Assembly: GCA_964409555.1 (NCBI GenBank)
Contig: CAYPDP010000001.1
Location: 3,978-67,977 of the forward strand
DNA from: Candidatus Woesearchaeota archaeon
Lineage (GTDB): Archaea; Nanobdellota; Nanobdellia; Pacearchaeales; GW2011-AR1
Direction: 5' to 3'
DNA: 64,000 nt
Shown: positions 16,976 through 28,354 of the stretch, piece after piece
Numbering within the stretch: the stretch's first letter is position 1
How the letters are laid out: each line of letters opens with the position of its first letter
Made by a program: the position numbers and the translations under genes
Notes under the pieces: model-generated
What the model was told of the DNA's origin: nothing
Databases searched by the model: none
Seen by the model: only the letters and a program-made list of their open reading frames with translations

Positions 16976-19468
16976 ATGAAATTTAAATTTATTCCTGTAG
17001 ATTATGATTATTTTGATTGGAAAGGAAGAAATTATATAAGAGTTATTGGTAGAAATGAAAAAGGAAAAAGAATTTGTGTTATTGATTTTTGTCCAGTTTA
17101 TTTTTGGGTAATTTTAAAAGAAAATTTAAAAGATAAAAAAATTAATAGTTTGATTGAGAAGATAAAAAAAATAAAATTAGATCTTAAAGGGAGATATACT
17201 AAAGTTGAATGTGTTGAATTACATGAAAAACAGTTTTTGGGTAAGAAAGTAAAAGCATTGAAAGTATTTGCTACAAATTATAAGGATTTACACGATATTG
17301 CAAGTAAAATTGGAGAGAAAGAAGTAGAAAAAAGAAGAGGGTATGATTTGGGATTTATATCCCATTATATTATTGAAAAAAATTTTCTGCCTTTGCATTG
17401 GTATGAAATTTCCGGAGAAATATTAAATAATTCAGAAGATTTTGGAGGAATAGATTCTGTTTTAGATGTTGATGTTTGCATTAAATTAGATTCAATAAAA
17501 AATATTTCAGATAATAAATTAGAATTTAAGCCAAAAGTTCTTGCTTATGATATTGAAACTGACGAGTTAAAATTAGGACAGGGAGAAATATTAATGATTT
17601 CCCTTGTAGGAACTGATGGATTTAAAAAAGTTATAACTTCAAAAAAAGATTCTGATAAAATTTCAAAGAAATTAGATTATTTGGAGTATGTTGAAGATGA
17701 ATCTGAACTTTTGGAAAAATTTGTAGAGATTGTTAGAAAAGAGTCTCCTGATTTTCTTGCAGGATATTTTTCTGATGGTTTTGATTTACCATATTTAAAA
17801 GCTCGTGCAGAAAAATTCAAGGTTAGACTTTCTTTAGGATTAGATGAAACTCAACCAGTTTTTTCTAACGGAAGGGGAAATTTAACAGGAAAAATAAAAG
17901 GAATTGTTCATTTGGATATTTTTAGATTTATTAAAACAGCTTATTCTCAATATATGAATTCTGAAACTCTTTCATTAAATGATGTTTCTAAAGAATTTCT
18001 TGGAGACACAAAAAAAGATTTTAAATTTAAACATTCTTCAGAATTAGATAAAGATAATTGGATAAATTTTTATGAATATAATTTGCAGGATTCTATTTTA
18101 ACTCTTGGTTTGTTTAATAAAATTTGGCCTGACCTTTTGGAATTTACAAGAATTATGCAAGAACCTATTTTTGATGTTTCTAGAAATGGAATGTCTAAAA
18201 ATGTGGAGTCTTATATTTTACATAATTTAAAAAAGTTTAATGAGATTCCTGAAAAAAGGCCGACATATAATGAAATTTCAGAGAGAAGAAATAGAAAAAA
18301 GTATGTAGGAGCTTTTGTGTTTGAACCTAAACCTGGGCTTTATGAAAATATTGCTATGTTTGATTTTACGAGTTATTGGCCTAGTATTATTGTTAGTTTT
18401 AATTTATCTAAATCAACATTTTTAAAGAAAAAAGAAAAAAATTCAATAGAAGTAGAAATAGGGGGTGAGAAGACTTATTTTTCTAAGGAAATTGGATTTT
18501 TTTCTGCAATGCTAAAAGAAGTAATAGAGTTAAGGAAAAAATATAAACAGGAATTGAAATCTTTTAAAGGAAAAGAAAATACTTTAAAGAAAGCGAGAAG
18601 TAATGCGTTTAAACTTTTGGCGAATTCTTCTTATGGTTATCAAGGGTTTTTTGGTGCGAGATATTATTGTCCTGAAGCTTCTGCAGCAGTAACAGCTATT
18701 AGTAGAAATTTCATAAAAGATATAATTGAGAAAATAAATAAAAAAGGATATAAAACGATTTATGGTGATACAGATAGTATTGCTTTTCTTATGAATAATA
18801 AGTCTGAAAAAGAAGTTTTGAAATTTCTTAAGGAACTAAATTTAAAATTTCCAGGAGTAATGGCACTTGAATTAGAAGATTTTTATAAAAGAGGAATTTG
18901 GGTTACAACAAGGGCTGGAACAACAGGGGCTAAGAAAAAATATGCTTTGATTGATAAGAAAGGAAAATTAAAAATAAGAGGTTTTGAAACAGTTAGAAGA
19001 GATTGGTGTAAGTTGGCTAGAAAAGTTCAGAGCGAGATAATTGGTAAAATTTTGAATGAAGGGCAAGAAAAAAAATCTTTGGAATATGTTAAAAAAGTAA
19101 TTAAAAAAATAAAAAAAAGAGAGATAGAAAAAGAGGATTTAATTATTAAGACTCAATTGAAAAAGTCGCTTTCAGAGTATAAAGCAATTTCCCCACATGT
19201 TATAGCTGCTAGAAAAATGAAAGAGCAAAAAATTCCAGTAAGCCAAGGAAGTTTAGTGGAATATTATATTTCTGAAGTTCCTCCTGGTAAAAAAGTTAAA
19301 TTAGTAAGAGAAAAAGTTAAACTTCCAAATGAGCCAGGAGAATATAATATTAGTTATTATCTTAAAAATCAAATACTCCCTGCAGTTGAAAATATTTTTC
19401 AAGTTTTCGGTATAAATATTAAAGAAATTATTGAAGGAAAAAAACAAATGACTCTTGGAGATTTTTAA
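16976..19468 (+). CDS. polB: Family B DNA polymerase
   Basis: Exo motifs (YDIETD), pol motifs (KxxxNSxYG: LLANSSYGYQG; YGDTDS) and a C-terminal QMTLGDF PIP-like tail. Confidence 0.85.
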   Translation: MKFKFIPVDYDYFDWKGRNYIRVIGRNEKGKRICVIDFCPVYFWVILKENLKDKKINSLIEKIKKIKLDLKGRYTKVECVELHEKQFLGKKVKALKVFATNYKDLHDIASKIGEKEVEKRRGYDLGFISHYIIEKNFLPLHWYEISGEILNNSEDFGGIDSVLDVDVCIKLDSIKNISDNKLEFKPKVLAYDIETDELKLGQGEILMISLVGTDGFKKVITSKKDSDKISKKLDYLEYVEDESELLEKFVEIVRKESPDFLAGYFSDGFDLPYLKARAEKFKVRLSLGLDETQPVFSNGRGNLTGKIKGIVHLDIFRFIKTAYSQYMNSETLSLNDVSKEFLGDTKKDFKFKHSSELDKDNWINFYEYNLQDSILTLGLFNKIWPDLLEFTRIMQEPIFDVSRNGMSKNVESYILHNLKKFNEIPEKRPTYNEISERRNRKKYVGAFVFEPKPGLYENIAMFDFTSYWPSIIVSFNLSKSTFLKKKEKNSIEVEIGGEKTYFSKEIGFFSAMLKEVIELRKKYKQELKSFKGKENTLKKARSNAFKLLANSSYGYQGFFGARYYCPEASAAVTAISRNFIKDIIEKINKKGYKTIYGDTDSIAFLMNNKSEKEVLKFLKELNLKFPGVMALELEDFYKRGIWVTTRAGTTGAKKKYALIDKKGKLKIRGFETVRRDWCKLARKVQSEIIGKILNEGQEKKSLEYVKKVIKKIKKREIEKEDLIIKTQLKKSLSEYKAISPHVIAARKMKEQKIPVSQGSLVEYYISEVPPGKKVKLVREKVKLPNEPGEYNISYYLKNQILPAVENIFQVFGINIKEIIEGKKQMTLGDF

Positions 19469-19533
19469 TTTACAAACTTTTAAAAATTAATTTTTTTATC
19501 AAATTTTAGGCAAATGAAAAAATAGAAGATTTA

Positions 19534-20319
19534 ATGAAAAAACATGAAAAAGAATTTAAGAAATATCCTGAATTAAAAAAAAGTATTAGAAAGGTATTTG
19601 AAGAACAAGAAAAAGTTAGATTATTTTATCATCATGAATTGTTTGGACCTTTAAATGGTTTAAGAAGTTATATTGTAGAATTAAGAAAAGATAATTTACT
19701 GGAAGGAGAAAGAGATAATTATCTTAAGATGATGGAGATTGGAGTTAAAAGAGTTTCTAATTTAACAAATATTCTTTATTTAAAAGATTTTTCTCAAGAA
19801 GAATTAAATAAAAATAAAAAGATTGTAAATATTGAAGAAATGGCTTTGGGGTATGGTTCTCTTTATGACCTTTATATGCATAAGAAGAAAATAGGATTAA
19901 ATATTAGATACGATAAGATTAAATTAAATAGTAAACGTAATCCTATAGAAATTTTTACAAATTCTGAAGCAATAGAATCTATATGGGGCACTTTAATTGG
20001 AAATGCAATGTCCTGGACTTCTTCAGAATATAATATAGATCAGGGTTTTAGAATTAATCATTTTGGAGAACTTGAAATATTAATTGAGAATAAATTTCTT
20101 AATGAAAAACAAAGGTCTGCAGGAGGATTGGGAAATTTTTTTACTAAAGAAATTATTCAAGGTCTTAATGGAAGATTTGAAACATATTTTACACATAAAA
20201 TAAAACGAAATTATGATAGTCAAGATAGATTTGGGAAAAAAAATGAAAAAGATTCATTGGAATGTTCTAAAGTTTATGGAGTTAAATTGATTTTACCAGT
20301 AGGTGAATTATCAAATTAA
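19534..20319 (+). CDS. Histidine-kinase-like protein (HisKA H-box plus GHKL ATPase), no sensor domain
   Basis: H-box HHELFGPLNGL, N-box LIGNAMSWT, G-box GGLGNFF. 261 aa and cytoplasmic. Confidence 0.45.
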   Translation: MKKHEKEFKKYPELKKSIRKVFEEQEKVRLFYHHELFGPLNGLRSYIVELRKDNLLEGERDNYLKMMEIGVKRVSNLTNILYLKDFSQEELNKNKKIVNIEEMALGYGSLYDLYMHKKKIGLNIRYDKIKLNSKRNPIEIFTNSEAIESIWGTLIGNAMSWTSSEYNIDQGFRINHFGELEILIENKFLNEKQRSAGGLGNFFTKEIIQGLNGRFETYFTHKIKRNYDSQDRFGKKNEKDSLECSKVYGVKLILPVGELSN

Positions 20320-20359
20320 TTTAAGAAAGCATTAAAAACACTTCCTTTCTTTTTATTTT

Positions 20360-21349
20360 ATGATGATTAAGCAAAGAAGATTACCTGAACTTAAACCACT
20401 TTTTTTGGAAAGAATGAATGAACTTTTTGGAAATGAAAATGATTTAAAAGAATATTTGGATATTTTAAAAAAAATTCCTGTTAAGTCAATAAGATGTAAT
20501 AAGATTAAGATTTCTCCTTTTGAACTTAAGAAAAAACTTGAAAGTAAAGGGTGGAAGATTAATCAACTTTTTAGTGAATATCCTGAAATAATGATTGTTG
20601 AAAATGAATTACAGCCAGGAGAACTTGGACGAGCGTTAGAACATTTATTAGGTTATTATTATATTCAAGAACTTGCTAGTATGCTTTCAGTTATTGCTTT
20701 AAATCCTAAGCCAAATGAATTAATTTTAGATTTATGTTCTGCTCCTGGAAGTAAGACAACTCAAATAGCTTCTGAGATGAATAATACTGGAACAATTATA
20801 GCGAATGAATTATCTTTGGGGAGAATTAAGATACTTGCATCTAATTTGGAAAGGTGTGGTGTTTCAAATACAATTATAACAAAAAAAGATGGAGTTGCTT
20901 TATGCAAAAGAATAAAAAAATATAATCCTGAGCTGAAATTTGATAAAATTCTTGTTGATGCACCTTGTTCAGGGGAAGGAACTTTGAGAAGCAGCCCTAA
21001 GACTTATTTGATGTGGAATATAAATACTGTAAAACAACTTTCTGGAATTCAAAAAAGATTAGTTGAAGCGGCTTTGGAAATATTAAAACCTGGAGGAGAA
21101 TTAATTTATTCTACATGTACTCATGCTCCTGAAGAAGATGAGGGAGTTTTAAATTATATTCTAGAAAAATATAAAGATGAAATAAAAATTCAGACTATTA
21201 ATCTTCCAAAAGAATTAAATCCAAGACAAGGAATAAAAAAATGGCAAGATAAAGAATATTTTGAAGATGTTAAATATTCTTGTAGAATCTATCCTCAAGA
21301 TTCAAATACCGAAGGATTTTTTATTGCTAAATTAAAAAAATTAAAATGA
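20360..21349 (+). CDS. RNA cytosine-C5 methyltransferase, NOL1/NOP2/Sun (RsmB/RsmF) family
   Basis: DLCSAPGSKTTQIA (SAM motif I), DKILVDAPCSGEGT (motif IV, catalytic Cys) and TCT (motif VI Cys). Confidence 0.8.
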   Translation: MMIKQRRLPELKPLFLERMNELFGNENDLKEYLDILKKIPVKSIRCNKIKISPFELKKKLESKGWKINQLFSEYPEIMIVENELQPGELGRALEHLLGYYYIQELASMLSVIALNPKPNELILDLCSAPGSKTTQIASEMNNTGTIIANELSLGRIKILASNLERCGVSNTIITKKDGVALCKRIKKYNPELKFDKILVDAPCSGEGTLRSSPKTYLMWNINTVKQLSGIQKRLVEAALEILKPGGELIYSTCTHAPEEDEGVLNYILEKYKDEIKIQTINLPKELNPRQGIKKWQDKEYFEDVKYSCRIYPQDSNTEGFFIAKLKKLK

Positions 21350-21837
21350 TTTATAACCAATTAAAAATATTTGATAAAAAAGAAAAGCAGAAAATTATTA
21401 ATATGCTTGATGAACAATTTGGAATAGATGATTTTTCAGGATTAATTGTTAAGAGAGGTAAAGAGAGACTTTTTTTATTTCAAGGAAATTTTAGCCCAAA
21501 AGAAATAAAAGAACTTGAAAGAACAATTCCTATTGAAAGAGTTGGAGTTTATTTTGGAAAAATTGTTTTAGGCAAAGATAATTCTGAGAAAATAAGATTA
21601 AGTATTGATGGAGTTCAAATATTTAGAGAACAAATTAAAAAAAATATTTTTGAATTAAATGATGAACAAGCTAGAGAATGGATGTTGGGAAGAGAACTGT
21701 TAATAAAAACTGGAAAAAAAGATTTTTTAATTATAAAGTATAAAGATAATTTTTTAGGATGTGGAAAAGCATCAGAAGAAAAGATAACAAATTTTATACC
21801 AAAAAATAGAAGATTAAAAGAAAAAAGTATTAATTGA
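21346..21837 (+). CDS. Hypothetical protein, possibly a detached RsmF-type C-terminal (PUA-like) domain
   Basis: Start overlaps the NOP2/Sun stop (ATGA). Its size and position match the C-terminal extension of RsmF-like enzymes. Confidence 0.25.
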   Translation: MIYNQLKIFDKKEKQKIINMLDEQFGIDDFSGLIVKRGKERLFLFQGNFSPKEIKELERTIPIERVGVYFGKIVLGKDNSEKIRLSIDGVQIFREQIKKNIFELNDEQAREWMLGRELLIKTGKKDFLIIKYKDNFLGCGKASEEKITNFIPKNRRLKEKSIN

Positions 21838-21839
21838 TA

Positions 21840-22067
21840 TTATTTTTTGTATTTAGTTCTTTTAGATTGGATTGGAGTGTAACATTTTCTTTTAGTTTCT
21901 TTCCCACTACAACTAATACATTTTTTTAAATCAGAATTATATCTTCCACTCATTATTCTAGCTAATTTTGGATGATAATGGTGATAATCAATATATGATT
22001 GTTTCCAAGTGCACAATAGAATATTTGTTTTTCTATCTCTTCTTAATTTTTGAATTAAATTTACCAT
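21840..22067 (-). CDS. Hypothetical small Cys/basic protein
   Basis: 75-aa ORF with Cys-x2-Cys and a basic tail. Could be spurious. Confidence 0.15.
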   Translation of the reverse strand: MVNLIQKLRRDRKTNILLCTWKQSYIDYHHYHPKLARIMSGRYNSDLKKCISCSGKETKRKCYTPIQSKRTKYKK

Positions 22068-22134
22068 TTTAAATATTAAGAAAAGGAAATTTATATGTTT
22101 TTCTATTCTTTAGAAAAATTTAATTAAAGATATT

Positions 22135-22467
22135 TTAAAATTTGTAATATTGAGAAATATTTTTCTTTTGTTGTTTTTTCTTTTGTAGAACTCTTTTAAC
22201 TTCTTTTTCATCTTCTTTTGTCCAGTTTATTTTCTTTTCAATAATTCTTAAAAATTTTTGAATAGAAATAGAATCTTTTTTAAAACTAGATTTTAGAGAA
22301 TATTTTACTGATAAATAATCTCTCATTAATTCTGATTTTTCAGGAATAATTTTTTCAATTGATTTAAAAAGAATATTTGTATGATATTTGTATTCTCTCC
22401 AATTAGATACTGATATTCTAAAATCAAAATAAGGTTTTTTTAATACTTGATAATCTTCAAGAGACAT
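22135..22467 (-). CDS. Hypothetical protein
   Basis: 110-aa ORF with no domain recognised. Confidence 0.25.
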   Translation of the reverse strand: MSLEDYQVLKKPYFDFRISVSNWREYKYHTNILFKSIEKIIPEKSELMRDYLSVKYSLKSSFKKDSISIQKFLRIIEKKINWTKEDEKEVKRVLQKKKQQKKNISQYYKF

Positions 22468-22537
22468 ATAAAATATAAACTGAAAGAGTATTTAATATTT
22501 TACAATAATTTATAAAATCTATTTTTTAATAAAATTT

Positions 22538-23431
22538 ATGGACAAACAAAAAATTTTACAAGCAGGAAAAATTTCTAAAAAAGTTAAAGAATTTGCAAGA
22601 TTAATTATTAAAAAAGATGTTTTATTGAAAGATATTGCAGATAAGATTGAATTAAAAATTTTTGAACTTGGAGGAAAACCAGCATTTCCAGTAAATTTAA
22701 GTATTAATGAAATTGCAGCACATTATACTCCTAGTTATGATGATGAAACTCTTGCTAAGGGTTTGTTAAAAGTAGATATTGGAGTTCATGTTGACGGGTG
22801 GGCTGCAGATACTGCTTTTTCTATTGATTTGGAAAATGATGAAGAGAATAAAAAATTAATTGAATCTTCTAAAAATGCTTTAAAAAATGCTATAAAATTA
22901 GTTAAGGAAAAAAAATATAAAACTAATTTGAAAGATATTGGAAAAACAATACAAGATACTATTGAATCTTTAGGGTTTATTTCAATAAGTAATTTATCTG
23001 GACATGAAATAAATGAGTATGATTTGCATGCTGGTTTAATTGTGCCTAATTTTGATAATGGTAATGTTAATTTTATTGGAAAAGGTATTTACGCAATAGA
23101 ACCTTTTGCAACTCTTTCTAATGGAAGTGGGAAAGTTAGAGATGGAAAACCTTCTGGAATTTATGTTGTTAGGGATATGAAAAATATAAGAAGTCCTCTT
23201 GCTAGAGAAGTTTTGAAATTAATAAAAGAAGAATACAAAACTTTTCCTTTTTGTTCAAGATGGATTGTTGAGAAAATTGGTTCAAAAGCATTAATTGGAT
23301 TAAGACAATTAGAAGAAGCTGGAATTTTACATCATTTTGATCAATTAATAGAAAGTTCTGGAAAAAAAGTTAGCCAGGCAGAAAATACTATTTTAATTTC
23401 AGATGATGAAATTATTGTTACAAGTGAATAA
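22538..23431 (+). CDS. map: Methionine aminopeptidase, type 2 (archaeal)
   Basis: Pita-bread fold motifs: AAHYTP, DIGVHVDGW, and HEINEY. 297 aa. Confidence 0.8.
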   Translation: MDKQKILQAGKISKKVKEFARLIIKKDVLLKDIADKIELKIFELGGKPAFPVNLSINEIAAHYTPSYDDETLAKGLLKVDIGVHVDGWAADTAFSIDLENDEENKKLIESSKNALKNAIKLVKEKKYKTNLKDIGKTIQDTIESLGFISISNLSGHEINEYDLHAGLIVPNFDNGNVNFIGKGIYAIEPFATLSNGSGKVRDGKPSGIYVVRDMKNIRSPLAREVLKLIKEEYKTFPFCSRWIVEKIGSKALIGLRQLEEAGILHHFDQLIESSGKKVSQAENTILISDDEIIVTSE

Positions 23432-23442
23432 TATTAAAATTA

Positions 23443-25659
23443 TTATTCCTTATTTTTAGATTTGATATTTTTCTTCTTTTCTAAAATTTTCTTTTCATCT
23501 TTTTTAGTTTTATCATTTTTCTTCTCTTCTAATTTTATAGGTTTTCCTATTTGTTTTGAAACTTCATTTAATGCTTTATCAAAATCTTCTTTTTTAATAA
23601 TTAATTCTTCTTTTGATTCTTTTTTGTAAATTCTTTTAATAGCATTAATTCCTGCATTTCTAGTTAGAGCTTCTATATCTGCTCCTGTCCATAAATCTGT
23701 TTTTTCTACATATTCTGAAAGTTTTAAGGATTTTTCAAGAGGCATTTTTTTTGTATGAACTTTGAATATTTCTTCTCTTGATTCTTTATTTGGAACTTCT
23801 AATTCTATTATTCCATCTATTCTTCCAGGTCTTAATAATGCTGGGTCAATTAAATCTTTTCTGTTTGTTGCAGCCATAACAATTACATTTTCTAAATTTT
23901 CAATTCCATCCATTTCAGTTAATAATTGATTGACAATTTTTTCTGTAGAATCATTCATAGAGCTTCCTCTTAATTTGGATATGCTATCAAATTCATCAAA
24001 GAAAATAATTGTTGGAGAAACTTGTCTTGCTTTTTTGAATATTTCTCTTATATGTTTCTCACTTTCTCCAACCCATTTACTAACTAATTCTGGTCCTTTA
24101 ATTGAAATGAAATTTGCATTTGCTTCTGTTGCAACAGCTTTTGCTAAAAGAGTTTTTCCTGTTCCAGGAGGTCCAGAAAGTAAGATTCCTTTTGAAGGTT
24201 TTATTCCAGCTTTAATATATAAATCAGGTCTCAATAAAGGTAGTTCTACAAGCTCTCTTAATTTTTCTTTTGATTTTTTTAATCCTCCAACATCACTCCA
24301 ATGAATATCTGGTTTGTTAATTAAAACTTCACGCATTGCAGAGGGTTCTACATTTTTTGTTGCTTCAATAAAATGTTCTCTTGAAACTTTAATTTTATCT
24401 AATATTTGTGTTGGAGCTTTTTCTTGAATATTTTTTAATTCTGTAAAATATGGTTTGATTGCTTTTAGTGCTGCTTCTTTACATAAAACTTCTATATCTG
24501 CTCCAGTATAACTAATTGTTTTATTTGAAAGTTCAGTAAAATCTACATCTTTTTCAAGAGGCATCCCTCTAGTGTGGATTTTTAAAATTTCTTTTCTTCC
24601 TTTTTCATCAGGGGGATTTATTTTTAATTCTCTGTCAAATCTTCCAGGACGTCTAAGTGCAGAATCAATATCTTCTGGTCTATTTGTTGCTGCCATAACT
24701 ACTACTTGTCCACGAGATTTAAGACCATCCATTAAAGTTAATAATTGAGCTACAATTCTTTTTTCTGTTTGGTCTGTGCTTTCTCCTCTTTTTGGAGCTA
24801 TTGAATCAATTTCATCAATGAAAATTATTGATGGGGAGTTTTTGTTTGCTTTTTCAAAAATTTCTCTTATATGTTTTTCACTTTCTCCGTAATATTTTGA
24901 CATTATTTCTGGACCTGCTATAGAAAAAAATGTTGCATCTGTTTCATTTGCAACAGCTTTTGCTAAAAGAGTTTTTCCTGTTCCAGGAGGACCTGTTAAT
25001 AAAACACCTTTTGGAGCTCCAACACCTAACTTTTCAAAAACTTCTGGATGATTCATAGGTAATTCAACCATTTCACGAATTAATTCTATTTCATTTTTTA
25101 ATCCTCCAATATCTTCATAATTTACATTAGTTGCTTTTAAATCTCCTGAATAAGGTTCATCAGAAATAACTATTTTTGTTGAAGGTGTTACAATAACTTT
25201 TCTCTTAGGATCTATTTTTGAAACAACATAACTTAATCTTGTTCCAAAAACATCAATTACTATTTTTTGACCAGCATTTAATGGTTTATGTAATAATTTT
25301 GTATGAAAATATTCTGTAGGATTGTCACTAAATTTAACTTCTTGCAAAGGTGAAAGAGTTATTTTTTTTGCATCTAATACTTCAATAAATTTTATGATGA
25401 TTTTATCTCCTATTGAAGCACTTATATTTGACCTTGTAGAACCATCTAATCTTATTGAATTTTTATCCCCATTAATAGAACGCATAGCTTTTATTACATT
25501 TGAATTTTTCCCTTTAATTTCAATTATATCTCCTGATTGAATTCCTAAATAATCCATTGCCTCTGAATGAATTCTTGCTATTCCTTTATCTATATCTTCT
25601 TGCAAAGATTCTATAACTTCTAATTCAATTTCTTTTTTATTTTCTATATTTTTTGTCAT
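23443..25659 (-). CDS. cdc48: Cdc48/VCP-like AAA+ ATPase (N domain plus two AAA domains), Lys-rich C-terminal tail
   Basis: Two Walker A GPPGTGKT modules, second-region-of-homology motifs, and N-terminal double-psi barrel-like region. Confidence 0.85.
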   Translation of the reverse strand: MTKNIENKKEIELEVIESLQEDIDKGIARIHSEAMDYLGIQSGDIIEIKGKNSNVIKAMRSINGDKNSIRLDGSTRSNISASIGDKIIIKFIEVLDAKKITLSPLQEVKFSDNPTEYFHTKLLHKPLNAGQKIVIDVFGTRLSYVVSKIDPKRKVIVTPSTKIVISDEPYSGDLKATNVNYEDIGGLKNEIELIREMVELPMNHPEVFEKLGVGAPKGVLLTGPPGTGKTLLAKAVANETDATFFSIAGPEIMSKYYGESEKHIREIFEKANKNSPSIIFIDEIDSIAPKRGESTDQTEKRIVAQLLTLMDGLKSRGQVVVMAATNRPEDIDSALRRPGRFDRELKINPPDEKGRKEILKIHTRGMPLEKDVDFTELSNKTISYTGADIEVLCKEAALKAIKPYFTELKNIQEKAPTQILDKIKVSREHFIEATKNVEPSAMREVLINKPDIHWSDVGGLKKSKEKLRELVELPLLRPDLYIKAGIKPSKGILLSGPPGTGKTLLAKAVATEANANFISIKGPELVSKWVGESEKHIREIFKKARQVSPTIIFFDEFDSISKLRGSSMNDSTEKIVNQLLTEMDGIENLENVIVMAATNRKDLIDPALLRPGRIDGIIELEVPNKESREEIFKVHTKKMPLEKSLKLSEYVEKTDLWTGADIEALTRNAGINAIKRIYKKESKEELIIKKEDFDKALNEVSKQIGKPIKLEEKKNDKTKKDEKKILEKKKNIKSKNKE

Positions 25660-26042
25660 TTTTTATCAAAAGTAATTTCTAATATACCGTTTTTTACATT
25701 ATATGAAAATTTTTTAGAGTTGATAATTTTAGGTAAGTTTTTTCTTATTAAAATTTCTTTTTTTAATTTTTGAGATAAATAATTTTGAGTATTTTCTTTA
25801 ATTATTTTTTTAGTTTTTATTTCTAATTCTCTTCCTTTAATACTAACTAAAATATCTTCTTTATCAAATCCTGGAAGTTCAAATATAAGATATATTTTAT
25901 TTCTATATTCTATAAAATCAATTAATCTATCCTCTTCTTCTCCTTGAATAATTTCTTCTTTATATTCTTCTCTTGAAGGATTTTGTCCAAAAACTTCTCT
26001 TATAATCTTTTCAAATGGGTCATTGTTATTAAAAAAGTTCAT
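25656..26042 (-). CDS. hsp20: Small heat-shock protein (Hsp20/alpha-crystallin)
   Basis: ACD-like LIFELPGFDKEDILVSIKGRELEIK...NGILEITFDK. Translationally coupled to flanking cdc48 genes. Confidence 0.7.
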   Translation of the reverse strand: MNFFNNNDPFEKIIREVFGQNPSREEYKEEIIQGEEEDRLIDFIEYRNKIYLIFELPGFDKEDILVSIKGRELEIKTKKIIKENTQNYLSQKLKKEILIRKNLPKIINSKKFSYNVKNGILEITFDKK

Positions 26043-26050
26043 TTTTTTAT

Positions 26051-28354
26051 TTATCCTAAATAACTATTCCTTAAGGGAATAGCAGCAGTTTTTGCAGTTT
26101 GAAGAAGTTTCTCCTCTATTTTTCTATAAACCTCTATAGTAGATTTATCAATACTTGGTTTTACTTTTTCAAATGCTTTTTTAAAATGCTCATTTTTTAC
26201 TTCTTGTGATTCTATATTTTCTCTTAATGCTAACATTGCAGCCTCTCTGGTTAAAGCATCTATATCTGCCCCAGTATATCCTTCTGTTTTTTTTGCCAAA
26301 TCCTTTAAATTAACATCTTTAGTTAAAGGCATTTTTTTTGTATGAACTTTTAATATTTCTAATCTTCCTTTTTCATTAGAAGCATTTACCAAAATTATCT
26401 TATCAAATCTTCCAGGTCTTAATACTGCTGGGTCGAGAAGGTCTGGTCTGTTTGTTGCCCCAATTACTAATATGTCTTTTAAATCTTCAAGTCCATCCAT
26501 TTCTGAGAGAATTTGATTTAAAACTCTTTCAGTTACTTTTGTTCCTGTTTCTTGACCTCTTCTTCCTGCAAGAGAATCAATTTCATCAAAGAAAATAATA
26601 CAGGGAGCTACCTGACGTGCTCTTTCAAATATTTTTCTAACTCCTTCTTCTGATTTTCCTACCCACATACTTAATAGGGAAGGTCCTTTTATTTGTATAA
26701 AATTAGCTTCTGATTCTTTTGCAATTGCTTTGGCTAAAAGAGTTTTCCCAGTTCCTGGCGGTCCGTAAAGTAAAATTCCTCTTGAAGGTCTTATTCCCAT
26801 TCTCGTAAAATTTTCAGAATACTTAATAGGCCATTCAACTGCTTCATTTAATTCTTGTTTAACATTATCTAAACCTCCAATAGAGTCCCATCCTACATTA
26901 GGGGTTTCAATTAAAACTTCACGCATTGCAGAAGGTCTTACAACTTTTAAAGCATTCATAAAATCTTCGTGTTTTACAACTAATTTTTCTAAGATTTCCC
27001 GAGGTATTTCTTCTTCATCTAATTTTATTTTGTTTATGTTTTTCCTTAGAACATTCATTGCAGCTTCTTTTCCTAATGCTTCTAAATCAGCACCAACAAA
27101 CCCGTGAGTTATCGAGGCTATCTTATCAAGATTTACATCTTTTAATAAAGGCATACCTCTTGTGTGTATTTTTAAGATAGATAGTCTTCCATCTTTTCTT
27201 GGGGCATTAATTGAGATTTCTCTGTCAAACCTTCCTGGTCTTCTGAGTGCAGGGTCTAAAGCGTTTACTCTATTTGTTGCTCCAATAACAATTACTTTTC
27301 CTCTGCTCTTAAGACCGTCCATCATTGTAAGAATTTGACTAACTACACGTCTTTCTACTTCTCCAGAAACATCTTCTCTTTTTGGAGCAATAGCATCTAT
27401 TTCATCAATGAAAATTATTGTAGGGGATGTTTTTTCTGCCTCTTTAAAAATGTCTCTAATTTTTTTTTCTGATTCTCCATAAAATTTTGACATTATTTCT
27501 GGTCCGTTTAAAAGAATAAAATTAGCTTCTGTTTCTGTTGCAACAGCTTTGGCTAAAAGAGTTTTACCAGTTCCAGGAGGTCCATGCAATAAAACTCCTT
27601 TTGGAGGCTCAATACCAAGTCTTTGAAATATTTCTGGATGTTTCAAAGGTATTTCTACCATTTCCCTTATTTTCTTAATTTCTTCACTTAATCCTCCAAT
27701 GTCTTCATAATTTATTTCAGGGATTTTTTCATCTTTTGTTTCAACTGCTTTTGGATTTAAAGTTACTTCTGTATTTTCAGTTATTATTACTGGTTGGTTT
27801 GGATTTGTATTTATAACTAAGAATCTTATTTGTGCGACAGTTCCTCCTAAATTTCCAAAGCCAATATTTCCTAACATATCTCTAACATTTCCAAACATGT
27901 CTCCAAATTCAGGTCCAAATTCATCTGATAATAAATCTTTTCTTCTTTGCATTCCACCTAAGACTACAACATCTCCTTTGAGAACTGCTCTTCCTAGAAG
28001 ACCTTTTCTTAAATTATCTGGGTCAGCTTGAACCATTATTCCTTTTTGTGCTGGAGCAATAATTATTTTTTTTGCTTCTTTTAATTCTGCTTTTGAAACA
28101 TTAACAACATCCCCCATACTTGTTTTTGAATTTCTTCTTAGAATTCCATCAATTCTTATAATTCCTTCTCCAATATCTGCAGGATATGCTTTATCAACTA
28201 TTGCGACAGTTTCTCTATTTCCTTTTATTGAGATAATTTCTCCTCTTCTTATTCCTAGTTCTCTCATAATTTGAGGATCTATTCTTGCTATACCTTTGTA
28301 AGCATCATCTTGATGCGCTTCAACTACATTTAATTTAATTTCTTTTTTTGTCAT
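26051..28354 (-). CDS. cdc48: Cdc48/VCP-like AAA+ ATPase paralog with a Gly/Phe-rich insertion in the N domain and a C-terminal ...SYLG tail
   Basis: Two [11 protein letters not shown] modules. Insertion [32 protein letters not shown] is absent from the other paralog. Confidence 0.85.
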   Translation of the reverse strand: MTKKEIKLNVVEAHQDDAYKGIARIDPQIMRELGIRRGEIISIKGNRETVAIVDKAYPADIGEGIIRIDGILRRNSKTSMGDVVNVSKAELKEAKKIIIAPAQKGIMVQADPDNLRKGLLGRAVLKGDVVVLGGMQRRKDLLSDEFGPEFGDMFGNVRDMLGNIGFGNLGGTVAQIRFLVINTNPNQPVIITENTEVTLNPKAVETKDEKIPEINYEDIGGLSEEIKKIREMVEIPLKHPEIFQRLGIEPPKGVLLHGPPGTGKTLLAKAVATETEANFILLNGPEIMSKFYGESEKKIRDIFKEAEKTSPTIIFIDEIDAIAPKREDVSGEVERRVVSQILTMMDGLKSRGKVIVIGATNRVNALDPALRRPGRFDREISINAPRKDGRLSILKIHTRGMPLLKDVNLDKIASITHGFVGADLEALGKEAAMNVLRKNINKIKLDEEEIPREILEKLVVKHEDFMNALKVVRPSAMREVLIETPNVGWDSIGGLDNVKQELNEAVEWPIKYSENFTRMGIRPSRGILLYGPPGTGKTLLAKAIAKESEANFIQIKGPSLLSMWVGKSEEGVRKIFERARQVAPCIIFFDEIDSLAGRRGQETGTKVTERVLNQILSEMDGLEDLKDILVIGATNRPDLLDPAVLRPGRFDKIILVNASNEKGRLEILKVHTKKMPLTKDVNLKDLAKKTEGYTGADIDALTREAAMLALRENIESQEVKNEHFKKAFEKVKPSIDKSTIEVYRKIEEKLLQTAKTAAIPLRNSYLG

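Noticed and set aside
21840-22067. Possible Zn-ribbon ribosomal protein (L37e/L40e/S27a-like)
   Set aside because: Cys spacing and basic tail do not match any of these families convincingly. Kept only as a low-confidence hypothetical.
23930-24304. Plus-strand ORFs 23930..24304 and 25322..25540
   Set aside because: Antisense to cdc48. Spurious.
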